From NCBI RefSeq assembly GCF_963921235.1, contig NC_086115.1, positions 39,556,001 to 39,620,000 of the forward strand: a stretch of DNA of 64,000 bases, given 5' to 3'. Each line of letters starts with the position of its first letter. Within the stretch, counting starts at the first letter, position 1. Positions 38,241 through 51,162 of this stretch are shown piece after piece. The notes beneath the pieces are model-generated. The model was not told the DNA's origin, made no database searches, and was given only the letters and a program-made list of their open reading frames with translations. The position numbers were made by a program, and so were the translations under genes. The stretch is from Mobula hypostoma. Its lineage: Eukaryota.

Positions 38241-39609
38241 TATTCACAAATTTATAGATTTTTCATTATAGATTGAAACTTTTCAACGTGCTAGACAATG
38301 CTACTGGATACCTCCATTCCTGTTTTTTGTTATATATTTTTTGATTCCTGCTGCACCAGACTAGAAGAATGAAAAAGTTTTTCCCTAGTGAGAAAGTAAG
38401 ATGATCTGTCATTATCTCCCTTTATAGAAGAATTAAAACTCCTGCTGCTTTCTTTCTTTAAGTCTTTTGTTTTTCATCTGTATACTCAGAGGAAGTGGTG
38501 GTGTAAAAGAATTATGTGCATCAGTATAGAGAATAAAACAGGGGTCCAAACAAACTTCATGGATATCTTTTGGATTTGGACAACTTAAGTAACATGAGTT
38601 GACTTTGCACATTATTAGTGATAAAATCTGTAGTTCAATGCATTCAGCAATTTTAAAACTTACTATACTGATTGGGAAACTATAGAATTATCCCATAGTA
38701 GGGAAAAACTCATAATCTATGTGTGGCACATTAGCAAATCATTAAGGTCTTGTTGACTTTTGGAATTAAGTCCAAATGCAATAGACTTAATATGCAATGG
38801 AGCATATTACTTACTCATACATAAGGAAAATATTCTATTTAAATAGCGATACATTGACTATCAGTGTGTTTTCTCATGTAATGTTGAAATGCAGTCTTGC
38901 TCTGTAATTCATCATTTGGTAAATTCTGGATTCTGCACTGCCATCTGGCAAGTGCCAAGCACAAGCAAAGATCTTCCCCAAGGGATCGGGGGGAAATTAG
39001 AAGGTGAATCACCTCTAGTGTTGCTCTTGCACTACCTGTTAACCAGTTAATTGGTGCCAGAAATCTGGCAAACTGCCCACCTGTCTTTGCCTACAGAGTA
39101 GGAAGTGATATATGAGACAAAATGCAGTTAATGTGAGTTAAATATTTTACTCTTACGTGTATTTATATGAAAGCTACGGTGGGTACTTTGATCCAGAATG
39201 AGTAAATAACGTGACTTGTGTGTGGCGCCTTTTCCCCACTGATGGATGAAGGAAGATCATGAAATAAAAACAATGGTGGGTGGAGCTCACCAGCGGAGTG
39301 AGCAGTAGGAACACATTTGTCGTTTTGTGAATTCAACACCAAATGCATGGAAAAGCCGAGTACAGTGGTACATTCATTTATAACCTGATCTATGTATATA
39401 ATATCAGGTTGTACATGAATATAATAACCGATCTCTCTCAATCTGCCTTCTAAACTGTAATTTAGCAAAGCATCCTTCCTCCAAGTTACTCAACAGGGAT
39501 AACAACTGTACACGTTCTCCCATTTCCATCTGTCCATTCACCCATACTTTTATAAAGAATCACACCTCTCCTCATGGTCATCTTCAACAAACTTTCTGCA
39601 AAGGGATTC

Positions 39610-40005
39610 TTTTGGCGACCGAGAAGGAGGTCGAATCGTTTGGACAGAGATGGCGCTCAGTACTTCGTGTCGGAGAGCTGATCAGAGCTCGAATTTTTCG
39701 GATAATTCAGAGTCGAATTGTGGTCGGCATGGCAGGGAGAGTTTTTCTTCCTTCTCCCGTCTGCCTGAGATGTAGGACATCTGAGAAACTTCGAAATTTA
39801 CTGTGCTCATGGACTTCTTCATCAAGTTATGGTATTGTGCACTGTTGTAACTAAATGTTATAATTATATGGTTTTGTCAGTTTTTTCAGTCTTGGTCTGT
39901 CCTGTGTTTTGTGATATCACACCGGAGGAAATAATGTATCATTTCTTAATGCATGTATTACTAAATGACAATAAAAGAGGACTACATGTCTTCATAATCT
40001 AATCT
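39610..40005 (+). mobile_element. Short non-autonomous element with CpG-rich head and L2-like tail
   Basis: CpG-rich 39612-39790, followed by atgacaataaaagaggact...ataatctaatc, like L2 3' UTRs elsewhere in the window. Confidence 0.45.
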
Positions 40006-40029
40006 TCAGCACAGAGAATTTGCTTTAAT

Positions 40030-40410
40030 TAACTCTGACCTTTTACCTTTTCTCACCTGTGTATCACTTCCCCCTTGGTCCCTTCCTCCCTCTCTTTCTC
40101 CTGTGGTCCACTCTCTTCTCCTATCAAAGTCCTTCTTCTCCAGCCCTTGACGTTCCCCTTCTACCTGGTTTCACCTATCACCTTCTACCTGGTTTCACCT
40201 ATCACCTTCTAGTTAGCGTCCTTCCCCTTCTCCCAGCGTTTCACTCTGGCATCTTCCCCCTTCCTTATCAGTCCTGAAGAATGGTCTCAGCCTAAAACAT
40301 GAAATGTTTATTAATTTCCAGAGATCCTGCCTGATCTGCTGAGTTCCTCCAGCATTTTGTCTGAGTTGTCTTAGAGTTCCAGCATCTGCAGACTCTCTCG
40401 TGTTTATGAT
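40030..40410 (+). mobile_element. Penelope-like 3' region (pyrimidine tract plus pseudo-LTR)
   Basis: Matches 48100-48445 and 58050-58390; 24-bp tandem duplication at 40157-40204. Confidence 0.8.
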
Positions 40411-41429
40411 TTGCTTTAATTATTTCATGGCAATGAAGGCAGAGACAGAGATCAAATCTGGCGGATTTTTTGTTTGTAAACTCGCATTGATGTGTTTTTT
40501 AAATGGGTTGGAAGTTAATCAGTCATTATAACTTGTCCCTAGTGTGGGTGAATTTAGAGGGATTTGGGGAGTTGTTGGGACATTAAAATGGTTTCAGTTT
40601 TCATTGGTGTAAATGGGTGTTTGATGTTGGGAAAAATATCGTTGGGCTCAATGGTTTATTTCCATACTATATCACTCTATGACTCTGTTTGAAATTTCAG
40701 AGAAAAATATATTTGACCTGTTGAGGTGATTAACATAACCAGCTAGGAATTACTTGATGTTCATTCAACAGTGGAACAGATGAACATTTTGAGATGGAAA
40801 AGGATACAAGGATTATGATTCAGAATGAAGTTGCCCCTCTTGTTTTTGATGTACTGTAGTTTTTGTTTCCTGTTTGTATATAGCACTGCTATGTGTGGCC
40901 AGTGCTAATTCAGCTGTTGACGGGTACGCATCACAGCATGGGGCTTATACCATGAGCAGTTAAAGCCTCTTAACAATGGCCATAAAAACAGCTTGCACCT
41001 TGCAAAGTGAAATGCAGCTGAATGTTTATTGGGACTCAAATTGACATTTGAAGAAAGGAACCACATGGGAGAGAAGTGGCTCCAGGATTTTCCAAGATCC
41101 TTAATGTCTTGTTAACTTATTTCTTGCAATGCTTTATGAAATAAACACCTGGGATCTTATGCTCTTGCATCTTTTTAGTACTATGCTGTTTAGCCTGTAT
41201 TAGCTTTTCCTGTTCTTTCTGCAAAAAGATCATATCTTGTTCCTCTGTATTAAATTTCATCTGCCGCTTGTCTGCCCAGCTTACAGTTTGCTATGTCTAT
41301 CCCCCCTACAGTTTCCATGTCTTTAAGATTGGTGCCTTTTTCTAATTTTGAAATTTGATGTGTTTTTTTGGACTCAGTGCAAAAGACTGTTTACTCCTTA
41401 GACCTCAGTTTTACAAAGTGGTCTGTTTA

Positions 41430-42070
41430 GATGAGTCTCCACTCTCCAACCCCATGTGTCTCAGCCTCCTCCATCACCTTTTGGGTCCTCAGGGCCTCCA
41501 ACTTCCTCCCACCCACCCTACCTTCACTGAACCCCCCTCCTCTGATGCCACCAACTCTCCACCGCCCCCCCCCCCGATCATAGCTCAAATTCCTGCCATG
41601 TATTCAACATTCCTTCTGATCTTCCCCTCTCTGAGGCTACTCTCAGAGTGGAGGAGCAACACCTTATATTCCCTTTAGGTAGCCTTCAACCCGAAGATAT
41701 GAATATCAATTTCTCCAATTTACAGTAATTTAATCTGCCTTCCCTCTTCACTCTTCAATTGCCCGTTATCTCTTCTCCTCATCATCCTATCATCTCCCTC
41801 TGGTGCCCCTCCTTCTTCCCTTTCTCCCATGGTCCACACTCCTCTCCTATCAGATTCCTTCTTCTCCAGCCCTTTATCTTCCCCACCCACCCGGTTTCAC
41901 CTATCTCCTTCTAGCAAGTCCTTCTTCCCCTCCAACAACCTTTTTGTTCTTGCATCTCCACCCTTCCTTTCTAGTGCTGAGGAAGGGTAGTGGCCGAAAT
42001 GTCAACTGTTTATTGATTTCCATAGACGCTGTCTGGCCTGCTGAGTTCTTCCAGCATATTGTGTGTGTTG
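41430..42070 (+). mobile_element. Penelope-like element 3' portion
   Basis: GIY-YIG C-terminus EATLRVEEQHLIFPLGSLQPEDMNINFSN (~41630-41725), pyrimidine tract, pseudo-LTR. Confidence 0.8.
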
Positions 42071-42369
42071 ATATGGTAAACAGAAGTTATAAGTCTTTGG
42101 GTTTGAATTAACCACACTTGAGTCAGATCCTGGTTGAGTTTTAACTTCAGTAGAACTTATTCCCCTCAAAATGTCTCTGTTTGTTCATCAAAAATTTATA
42201 TCAGTGTATTCAAAAAAGGTTTTTCATACCATGAGACCTTTTAATTATCTTTGATCAGAAGTGAACACCCTTTACTTTCAACAGTTTAACTGTTAGCAGG
42301 TCCTGGGATGACTGTATTTCCCAAATAGGACTCAACCACATTGTTCTGAGCTTGCTGTCATTTATGAGT

Positions 42370-43630
42370 CAAAGCAGGTACATTGTAATTGGAATTGCAA
42401 TCAGTTTATTTTTGTCGCATGTACCAGGATACAGTGAATTACCTGCCTTGCATAATGTTCATACTGATCAAGTCGTTACTCAGTGCATTGAGGTTGAACA
42501 AAGTCAAACAATAACATTGCAGAATAAAATGAAACAGCTATGGAAAAAGTGCAGTCCAGGGTAAACAATAAGGGTGCAAGATCACAATGAGGTGAATTGT
42601 GAGGTTAGGAGTCCATCTTATCATACTAGGGAACCATTAATAGTCTTATCACATCAGGTTAAAAGCTGCTCTTGAGCTTGGTAGTACACGTTTTCAGTCT
42701 TCTCTATCTTCTGATCAATGGAAGAGGGGAAAAGAGAGAAGGTCCAGTGTGGGTCTTACATTAGGCTGGCTGCTTTGCTGAGGCAGTGAGAAATATAGAC
42801 AGAGTCCACCGAGGGGAGGCTGGTTTCTGTGATGCGCTAAGCTGTGTCCATAGCTCTCTGCAGTCTCTGTGTTTATAGGCAGAGGAGTTTCCATAGAAAG
42901 CCATTATGCATCCAGACAGGTTGCTCTCTATGGTGCAGTGATAAAAATATGTAAGGGCTGACATGGACACACCAAAATTCTCTAGCCCCCTGAGGAAGCA
43001 GAGATGTTGGTGAGCTGTGGCATCTATGTGGTTGGACCAGGGCGGGCTATTGGTAAAGTTGACTCCTAGGAGCTGAAGCGCTCAAGCCTCTCAACCTCAA
43101 TGCCATTCATGTAGACAGGAGCATGTGTACCGCTCCTCTTTCTGAGCCAGTGACCAGTTCCTTTGTTTTGCTGACATTGAGGAAAGATTGCTGTCTGAAG
43201 ATCGCGTTACTAAGATCTCTATCTTCTTCCTGTACTCTGACTCATTGCTATTTGAAATACAGCCCACTAAGGTGGTATCATCTACAAACTTGTAAATGGA
43301 GTTAGAGCAGAAACCTCACCACACAGTGCATGACTGTAGATCTAGTGGGCTGAGGATGCAACCTTGTGGAGCACCCACATGTAGAAAACTTGAGGTGATA
43401 TGTTGCTGCTTGTCCTTACTGGTTGTTTTCAGTTGGTCAGAAGTCAAGAAACAGTGGCAGAGGGAGGTATTGACTCTCAGAATCCAGAGCTTAGTGATGA
43501 GTTTGCTTGGAATTATATTGAAGGCAGCACTGTAGTCAATAAACAATAATATGACTTAGGTCCCTTTACTATCCAGATGTTTCAGAGATGAGAGTAGGGT
43601 CAGGGAGATGCCATCTGCTGTAGACCTACT
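42370..43630 (-). mobile_element. L2 RT and 3' region, degraded
   Basis: MFIDYSAAFNIIPSKL...GAPQGCILSP (ORF 43316-43546); TIESNLSGCIMAFYGN (ORF 42761-42970). Confidence 0.85.
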
Positions 43631-45356
43631 TTGGCAGCAGGCAAATTGCAGTGGGTTGAGGTTGATAGAAGCCAGGTGGGTTTAACAACAAGCTAGTAGT
43701 TTCATAGTCAGCCATTACTGAGATTAGAATCTTATTAAACTTATCTTTATATAAAACAACTTCCAATTTCCCATCTGCTATATCAGGTTTGTTAATTTGG
43801 GCCTCTGATGACCATGACAGTAATATAACCACCTTGCTACACATATCAGAATTTCATTTTTGACTCAAAGTTTATATACATTGTCAATGCATTCATGTAA
43901 GATTAAATCTCAAAGTAAAAATCTTGGAATCTGAAATAAAACTACAAGGGTTTGAAATACACGGTGCTTGTAAAGAAAATTAATGTTAAGGACTCTTTGG
44001 TTTACAACAAGAACAATCAGTTTGTGAATGACAGATATCCTAAGAATCCCTGAATGTGAATAAGAATAGAAATCTTGTTTCTAAATGGAAGGAACTGGAC
44101 ATTATTTTAATGTAGGCTGCAACTTTAGTTTGGTTACTCAATTATAAAGAAGGCAAAACTATTATCAGAGTTTGCTTTCATGATCTAAAGAACAATTACA
44201 TTTATCAAGCTCCTTTCCTTTAAATTTTATTTAAGCCATACTTTGTCATACAAGCTTGTATTCAAGTTTCTAATTGAGACAAGCTGCCCAAAGTCATTTT
44301 GCAAATTTCTCATTCTGAAGCAATTTCAAGATTAGATTTTGTTTTGATTCAAGAGCTTGCAGCATTGCCAATCATAATAACATTGTACTTTATATGCAAT
44401 GATTTATTGGTCAGATGACCACTGCAATATTGAAATGGAGGTTTTGACAACATAACAGATGGTGTAGAGGAATCAAAATCCTGCACTACCGTACTTTAAT
44501 AATTACATATAATTCCACAGTTTTTAACCACATAGAACTAGTTATTCTCTATAACCAGATTGTATTTTTTGTGTGTGTGGCAAGGTGATATTCAGCGATG
44601 ATTCATATTTTGTGTAGAATAAATATCAAGAATGCTGACAGGAGTCATTTTGCTGAATTCATGTCAGTGCTATTATAACACAAGCAAGTGGGTGTTGATG
44701 GATTACATGATTGGTAATAGGATGTTGCCTGTTGTTTGCACTGATATGTTTGGCTCTTCATTCTCTTATCTAAACTATTAAACAGTTTTGGATGTTTCAC
44801 TTATATAAACACAATAGGGTAATTTTGCAAGTCTGCAATTGTGGTAAGAAACTTCAATGCCAAACTGGCATATAGGAAGTTTTCAGGGATGAATCCAAAC
44901 GTCAAAATTTGTGGGCCCATTGTGAATTTACAAATGTGCTCCTAGTGGACAAGGTAAAATATAAAAGGTCTGGACTCACAAATCACCATTTTCCGTATTA
45001 AAGCAGATCATATTTATTTTTTACATAAAGTCTTATACAAGTCATTAACATGAATTATTAGACACACGCCTGGAATTTCAACTTGGGTCAATAGTATTAG
45101 TCACGCTATTTAGCAGTGTCAACACATTGTATTTTGCCTCTGAAATTCATTTCATTGAAAGCATTGTAATGAATTTCAGAAGCAGACTGCAATACACTGG
45201 TACAACTAAATAGAACATTTACCACTATTAACGTGATGTGGTTCTCGGCAAAAATCTCCCTACGTATTAACAGCAACAACCTGATCTGATTATTTTGGTG
45301 ACTAGTATTAAATAAAGCATGACTTGAATTGCTAGTACAACATGGATGTCCATTGA

Positions 45357-45470
<114 letters not shown>

Positions 45471-45496
45471 TCTCCAGAAGTAGAAAGCGTCTTTTC

Positions 45497-45502
45497 AATA
45501 AA
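45497..45502 (+). promoter_or_regulatory. Candidate proximal DNTT poly(A) signal AATAAA
   Basis: AATAAA 26 nt after the DNTT stop codon. Confidence 0.45.
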
Positions 45503-46033
45503 ACTCACCAATACGATTTTGGCAGAGGAAAATTATCTTATTTTGTATAATTTGATTTCGAAGCCATTGGTTTATAAAAAGCTAATACAACATTAATTTT
45601 CAACCTTGAGTGTCTAAACCATGATCTCAAGTCTAGCAGCAGGATATAACAGATATAAATTGTAAATGAAACTACTTTGTAGAGAGCTACTCAGCCACCC
45701 AAGTAATGGAGACTTAGGATCATAGTAAACAAAGAGGGTGATTGATTTTTATTTGTTGATTTGCTTATCAAAGAAAACACTGGATCTCAAAGGGGCTACA
45801 TGGGCTACATGTAAAAAAATAATGACCCACAATCTATGGTCTTTTGGAAGGGTGAATTCCACATTTCCTTCGGCCAACTTTCTTAAAAATGTGTTAAAGA
45901 ATGATTTATTGCGTTCACTATGTTGCTTGTTATTTTCTTTGATTTTTTTTCTCTCTGTGGTTACATATCAGATACCATAACAGTTTTGGAAATGACACAA
46001 TGTGCTGTTATATGTAGAGTTCTGCAAATCCTT

Positions 46034-46039
46034 AATAAA
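46034..46039 (+). promoter_or_regulatory. Candidate distal DNTT poly(A) signal AATAAA
   Basis: AATAAA followed by T/GT-rich sequence, upstream of the SINE at ~46440. Confidence 0.4.
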
Positions 46040-46439
46040 GGTCTCATAACTTGGTTTAAACTATTCTTCTTGATATTATAATGTAAGAAATTATGAAAAT
46101 AACAGCTTGCAGTAAAGCTCTGATCAATTCTAAATACATGATCACAGATTCTATAAATTTTACTGGAATTGTGGATACATCAAGCATCTCTGTCAGGCAT
46201 TGTAGCCAAAATAACAAGCATGTACAATTTTCTTAAGGTAAGAATCTGAAAAACTGATGCAAAAAGATCTGCAACTTACACTTTTTCTGTATTGTTATAT
46301 TTCCTTGTGATTGTTTATTAAATATCATTATATTGATACACATTACATTGATATACAAGTTATATGCATTATAGATTGAACAGATTTCAGTGGCTTCAAA
46401 TTCATCAAGACGGCAGAGCTTCCTTAACTCAGTGCTATT

Positions 46440-46790
46440 TGGGCTAACACAGTGGCACAGCAATTATTGCTGCTGATGTACACCTTCAGTAACTAGATTC
46501 AATTCTGACTCTGGGTTATGTCTTTGTGCTGTTTGCATTTTCTCACTGTAACCATGTAGGCTGTGCCAGGTGCTCCAATTTCCTCCCAAATCTCACACAC
46601 ATGCTTCTGTAAATTGTCTGTGATATTGATTGAGGACAGAGAATCAGGCGGGAGTTGATGGACCTGTGAGAGAGAGAATAGGTTACAAATAAATAAGCAG
46701 AGGAATGGGGTTGATCTGAATATCCCAAGAGCTAGCATAAACTTAATGGACTGAGTAGCCTCCTTCCATCTTGTAAGAAGGTATGAAAAG
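46440..46790 (+). mobile_element. Degenerate V-SINE-type SINE with CR1-like tail
   Basis: tRNA-like head (acagtggcacagc, gattcaattctgac), core ccaggtgctccaatttcctcccaaa. Confidence 0.6.
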
Positions 46791-46949
46791 TTTTGAGTAT
46801 TAAGATTATCTACGTTTGAAAGAGCAAATAATAATATTGAGATGTACAGTATATCATTGCTGTACCTGTTATCTAATAGCTAATTATTTGGCTGTATTGA
46901 AAGTTATTTCATAGCAGTTAAAAATGGTTAAAAGTTCTAAATGTAACGC

Positions 46950-48530
46950 AATCAAAGTCAAATTTATTGTCATATGCACAAGTACATGTATGCACAGGTG
47001 CAAGAAAAGTGTTTAGTAACCTCATTGCAGGCACTAAATACTGTAATTGGAATTGTTTTATTCTTGTCAAATGTACCAAAATACAGTGAAAAGTTTGTTT
47101 TGCATACCAGCCATAAAGATCAATTAATTACATGGTGCACTGAGGCAATACTGGGTAAAACAGAATGCCAAACAAAGTCTAACATCTACAGAGAAAGTTC
47201 AGTGCAGGTAGACAATAAGGTGCAAGATCATTACAAGGTAGATTGTGAGTTTAAGAGTCCATATTTTTGTACCAGGAAACCAGTTAACAGTCTTATTACA
47301 GCAGGACAGATGCTGTCCTCAAGCCTGTGGTATGTGCTTTCAGACTTTTGTATCTCCTGCCCTACAGGAGAGGGAAGAAGAGAGAATGTCTGAGGGTTGG
47401 GACTTTTGATCATGCTGGCTGCTTTCCTGAGACAGTGAGAAGTGCAGCAGAGCCTGTGGAGTGGAGACTGCTTTCTGTAAACACAAGAAATTCTGCAGAT
47501 GCTGGAAATCCAGAGCGATCCACAGAAAATACCGGAGGAACTCAGCATTGTCATGCAGAACCTATGGGAATGAGTAAACAGTTGATGTTTCGGGCTGAGG
47601 CTCTTCATCGGGACTGGAAAGGAAAATACCAGAATAAGGTGGTGGGGGGTGGGGGGGAGTGGAAGGGGTACCACTTAGAAGGTAATAGGTAAAGCCTGGT
47701 GGGTGGGGAAGAGAGATGAATTAAGAAGCTGGGAAGTGATAGTTGGAAAAGGTAAAGGGCTGGTGAAGAAGGAATCTGATAGGAGAGGAGAGTACACCAT
47801 AGGAGAAAAGTGAAGGATGCAGCCTCCCCTGCACTGGTGAGAACCAACTTAGATTCGGGAACTGCTTTGTCAAGCACCTCCGCTCCATCCACAAAAAAAA
47901 AACGGCTTTCCCTTTGGCCAACTATTTTACTTGCAATTCCCATTCCCATTCCAATATGTCAGTCCTCTTCAGCCACGGTGAGGAGCCACTCCTCATATTC
48001 CGCCTCGGTGGCCTCCCACCCGATGGCATGAACATCGATTTCTCCAGAATTGCAGTGATTCTTCCCTGCTCCCTTTTCCCTCATCAATTCCCCACTCTAG
48101 CCTAGTTCCTCTTCTCCTCACCTGTCTATTATCTCCCCCTGGTGCCCCTCCTGCTTCCCTTTCTCCCATGGTCCACTCTCCTCTCCTGTCAGAGTCTTAC
48201 CTCTCCAGCCCTTTACTTCCCGGCTTCTTAACTCATCCCTCCGCCCCCACACACCTGGCTTCACCTATCACCTTCTACCCTGTACTCCTTCCCTTCCCTC
48301 CCCCCACCCCTTCCAACCTCTTATGCTGGCATTTCCCCTTTCCTTTCCAGTCCTGATGGAGGGTCTAAGGCTGAAACACCAACTGTTTATTCATTTCCAT
48401 AGATGCTGCCTGACCTGCTGAGTTCCTCCAGCATTTTGTGTGCTATTTTCAGCGCTATTTTCTGTAATGTGATGAGCTCTGTCCACAATCCTCCGCAGGT
48501 TCTTACTGTTATATACAAGTAGTTGCCATT
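46950..48530 (-). mobile_element. L2 3' region interrupted by the Penelope-like insertion at 47481-48458
   Basis: ASMIKSPNPQTFSLLPSP (ORF 47231-47674); host sequence resumes after the 9-bp duplication at 48459. Confidence 0.7.
47481..48458. mobile_element. Penelope-like insertion with inverted arms around a GIY-YIG fragment
   Basis: Minus arm ~47481-47810, GIY-YIG remnant ~47811-48050, plus arm to ~48445; TSD TTTCTGTAA at 47472-47480 and 48459-48467. Confidence 0.8.
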
Positions 48531-50599
48531 CCATGCTGTGGATACGTGGTCTGGGATGGTGACAGAGGCAGAAGCATTTGGGAATTTTAAGAGCCGTTTA
48601 GATAGGAACATGAATGTGAAGAGAATGGAAGTGGATTGACGTTATGTAGACAGAAGAGATTTCCCGAGCCGTACTGTTCTATGTTCTGTGTTACAGATTG
48701 TCTGTATTTTGCTGCATGTTTGTAAATTGCTCCATATAACATTATTTCACTGGCAGTAGCAGAAATTGGATGCCGTTGGTCTGCATTTTAACTCTCCTGT
48801 CATTTATATAACTTGGGTGTTAGGCTCTTTGCATTGTATTGATTATTCTAGTGCCTGTCCAATATTCCCTCATTCCAGCTGTGCCGCCAAGGGTAAAATT
48901 AATTTCACTTAGAAGATGGCAGCTACTGAAAAATCATATAAAATAATCTATTGGCAATTCTGTTAATCACTGCTGGATTCAAAAGGCCTGTAACATTGCA
49001 CTTTTCCCCAAGGCCTACTTAGATTGACTATCAACTGGGCAGGTTCAAATGTGACTTCTCCCATTTAACAAGTTGTAAAATGGAGCAAAAATATCTCCCC
49101 ATTTCATAAATGAAGCATGACCAATTCACTGGCTTCCATCGTATGGCAGAAACAGCTACAATAGTGTTGAAATTGTCCAAAAATAAGTCTAATTGAAAGA
49201 AAACTATTCATTACTTTAAACTACCTAAGTCTTCACAAATGAGTATTTATGGAACTGCTGCTCAGCCTTTTAGTACTTTAAATCTTTTTAATAGAAAGTC
49301 CCAATGTATAAATTCCACTCAGCAGCTAGAAATTAAATAGAAGGGTACCTTGAGACATTTTACTAACATATTGAAGATGGGTTGTGCAATTCGATCTGAC
49401 ATTTCTTCTTGAAAAGGGATTCAGCCAACATCCAGATTAGGCTGAAGAAATCACAGCAGCCTTATTCTCTCTTTCTCTTTCCCTCATTCTCATTGTCTTT
49501 CTGTTTTTATTTCTTGTTCCAGTCCTTTTACTCTGCACAGACAATTTTTGCCTCTTATGGCTTAAGGATAAAATGAGAAGGAAACCACAGCTGAGCTATA
49601 TTAACTATTAATCTATGGCAAAAACATGATTATCCTAACTGATTATTAGTTATTTACTAATTCCCATTTTCAGAATCTATACACAGTATTATCTCATCTT
49701 TGCCTTTTTTTTGCTCAATTGCTTTGTGAATGTTACTACAGGATTTCACTGGTGATTTTCATCAAGTAGTCTCCAAGAATCTTTAAAACGTTACAGTAAT
49801 ATTTTTAGTCACCCTTGGCAATGAGTAATTTAGTTGCATTAGTGTAGGAGTCCAAATTTGAATTGCACTATAAAACCTCTCTTAGATTCAGGATGCTAAT
49901 AAATCTACTGGGCAAAGTGGGTCAGAACTAATTTTTGACACTTCAATCTACAATTCCCATAAATTGTCCAAGTTCTAATTAATATGAGTGATCTTCTAAT
50001 AGTTTCAAAGAAAGAGGATAGTGAATGAGAGTCTGTAAGTAGATCACTTAATTAAATGCGAACAGCAACTTGCCCCACCATCCCAATTGCTTCTAACAGA
50101 TTGAACACAATGCAGTCTATCATAGATCATGCACATTTTATCTGATGAAGGACGATACTAAAATACTTTTTCACTGTCTACCCAATTTCAGGCTATTACT
50201 GTGTATCAAAAAAATCAATGGCTGTAATATTGACCCAGAGGCATACATCTCTTTGTCTGAAAACCAACATCCTTTACTTCCTCTCTTTCGGCCAGGTTTG
50301 CATTGACAAGGCTGTTGCTCTTTTATCCACACGAGCTTCATTGTTTCCAATCTCCATTATGTGGCACTTCATCAACATTATTTCAAAAGTCTAAATACAG
50401 ATATTCTACTATATTAGCTTCATCTTTGTCTTTAATATTGAAGAACTCAAAAACATTTGTTGGATTGTTTTTAACAATTCTATCTTGCTTCTCATTTATT
50501 GACCCCAGGCCCTGCTGTAACAATTTTACCTGAAATTATGGTCGCTGAATGTTTCCGTATTTAATACGATTGGCCTGTTGTTGGGGTTTATCCATGTTA

Positions 50600-51070
50600 T
50601 GTTTTTCTGAATGGGATATAGACATTGCCACAGTCTCGCACCAAAGCCACTGCCACAGGAAAGCAGTCTCCATCATCAAGGACCCACCATTCAGGCTATG
50701 CTTTCTTCTCGCTGTTGCCATGGGGAAGGAGGTACAGGAACCTTAGTTCCACATCACCAGGTTCAGGAGCAGTTAGCACCTTTTGACCATTGGCTTCCTG
50801 AACCAGTGTGAATAACTTCACTTACCTCAATACTGAACTGATTCCACAACCTATGGACTCATTTTCAAGGACTTGACAACTCATGTTGTCAGTATAATTT
50901 ATTTATTTGATTTTTTTGTATTTTCACAATGTGCCTTCTTTTGCACAACGGTTGTTTGTCAGTCATTGTGTGTAGTTTTTCATTTGTTCTATTGTATCTC
51001 TTTGTTTTACCGTGAATGCATGCAAGGAAATAAATCATAGAGTTGTTTATGGTGACATATATGTATTTTG
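50600..51070 (+). mobile_element. L2 3' end
   Basis: HCHRKAVSIIKDPP (ORF 50549-50746) and an L2-type 3' UTR. Confidence 0.75.
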
Positions 51071-51162
51071 TGGGTGGGAGGGTGGAGATACATCTCTACT
51101 GAAGGAGGTGTAAGGCACAACTTCCCTCTGCTAGCCTTCAGGTCACCCTTGGACAAAGTATA

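Noticed and set aside
43626-43844. 72-aa minus-strand ORF outside obvious repeats
   Set aside because: No recognisable motif or convincing splice signals; length is within chance expectation.
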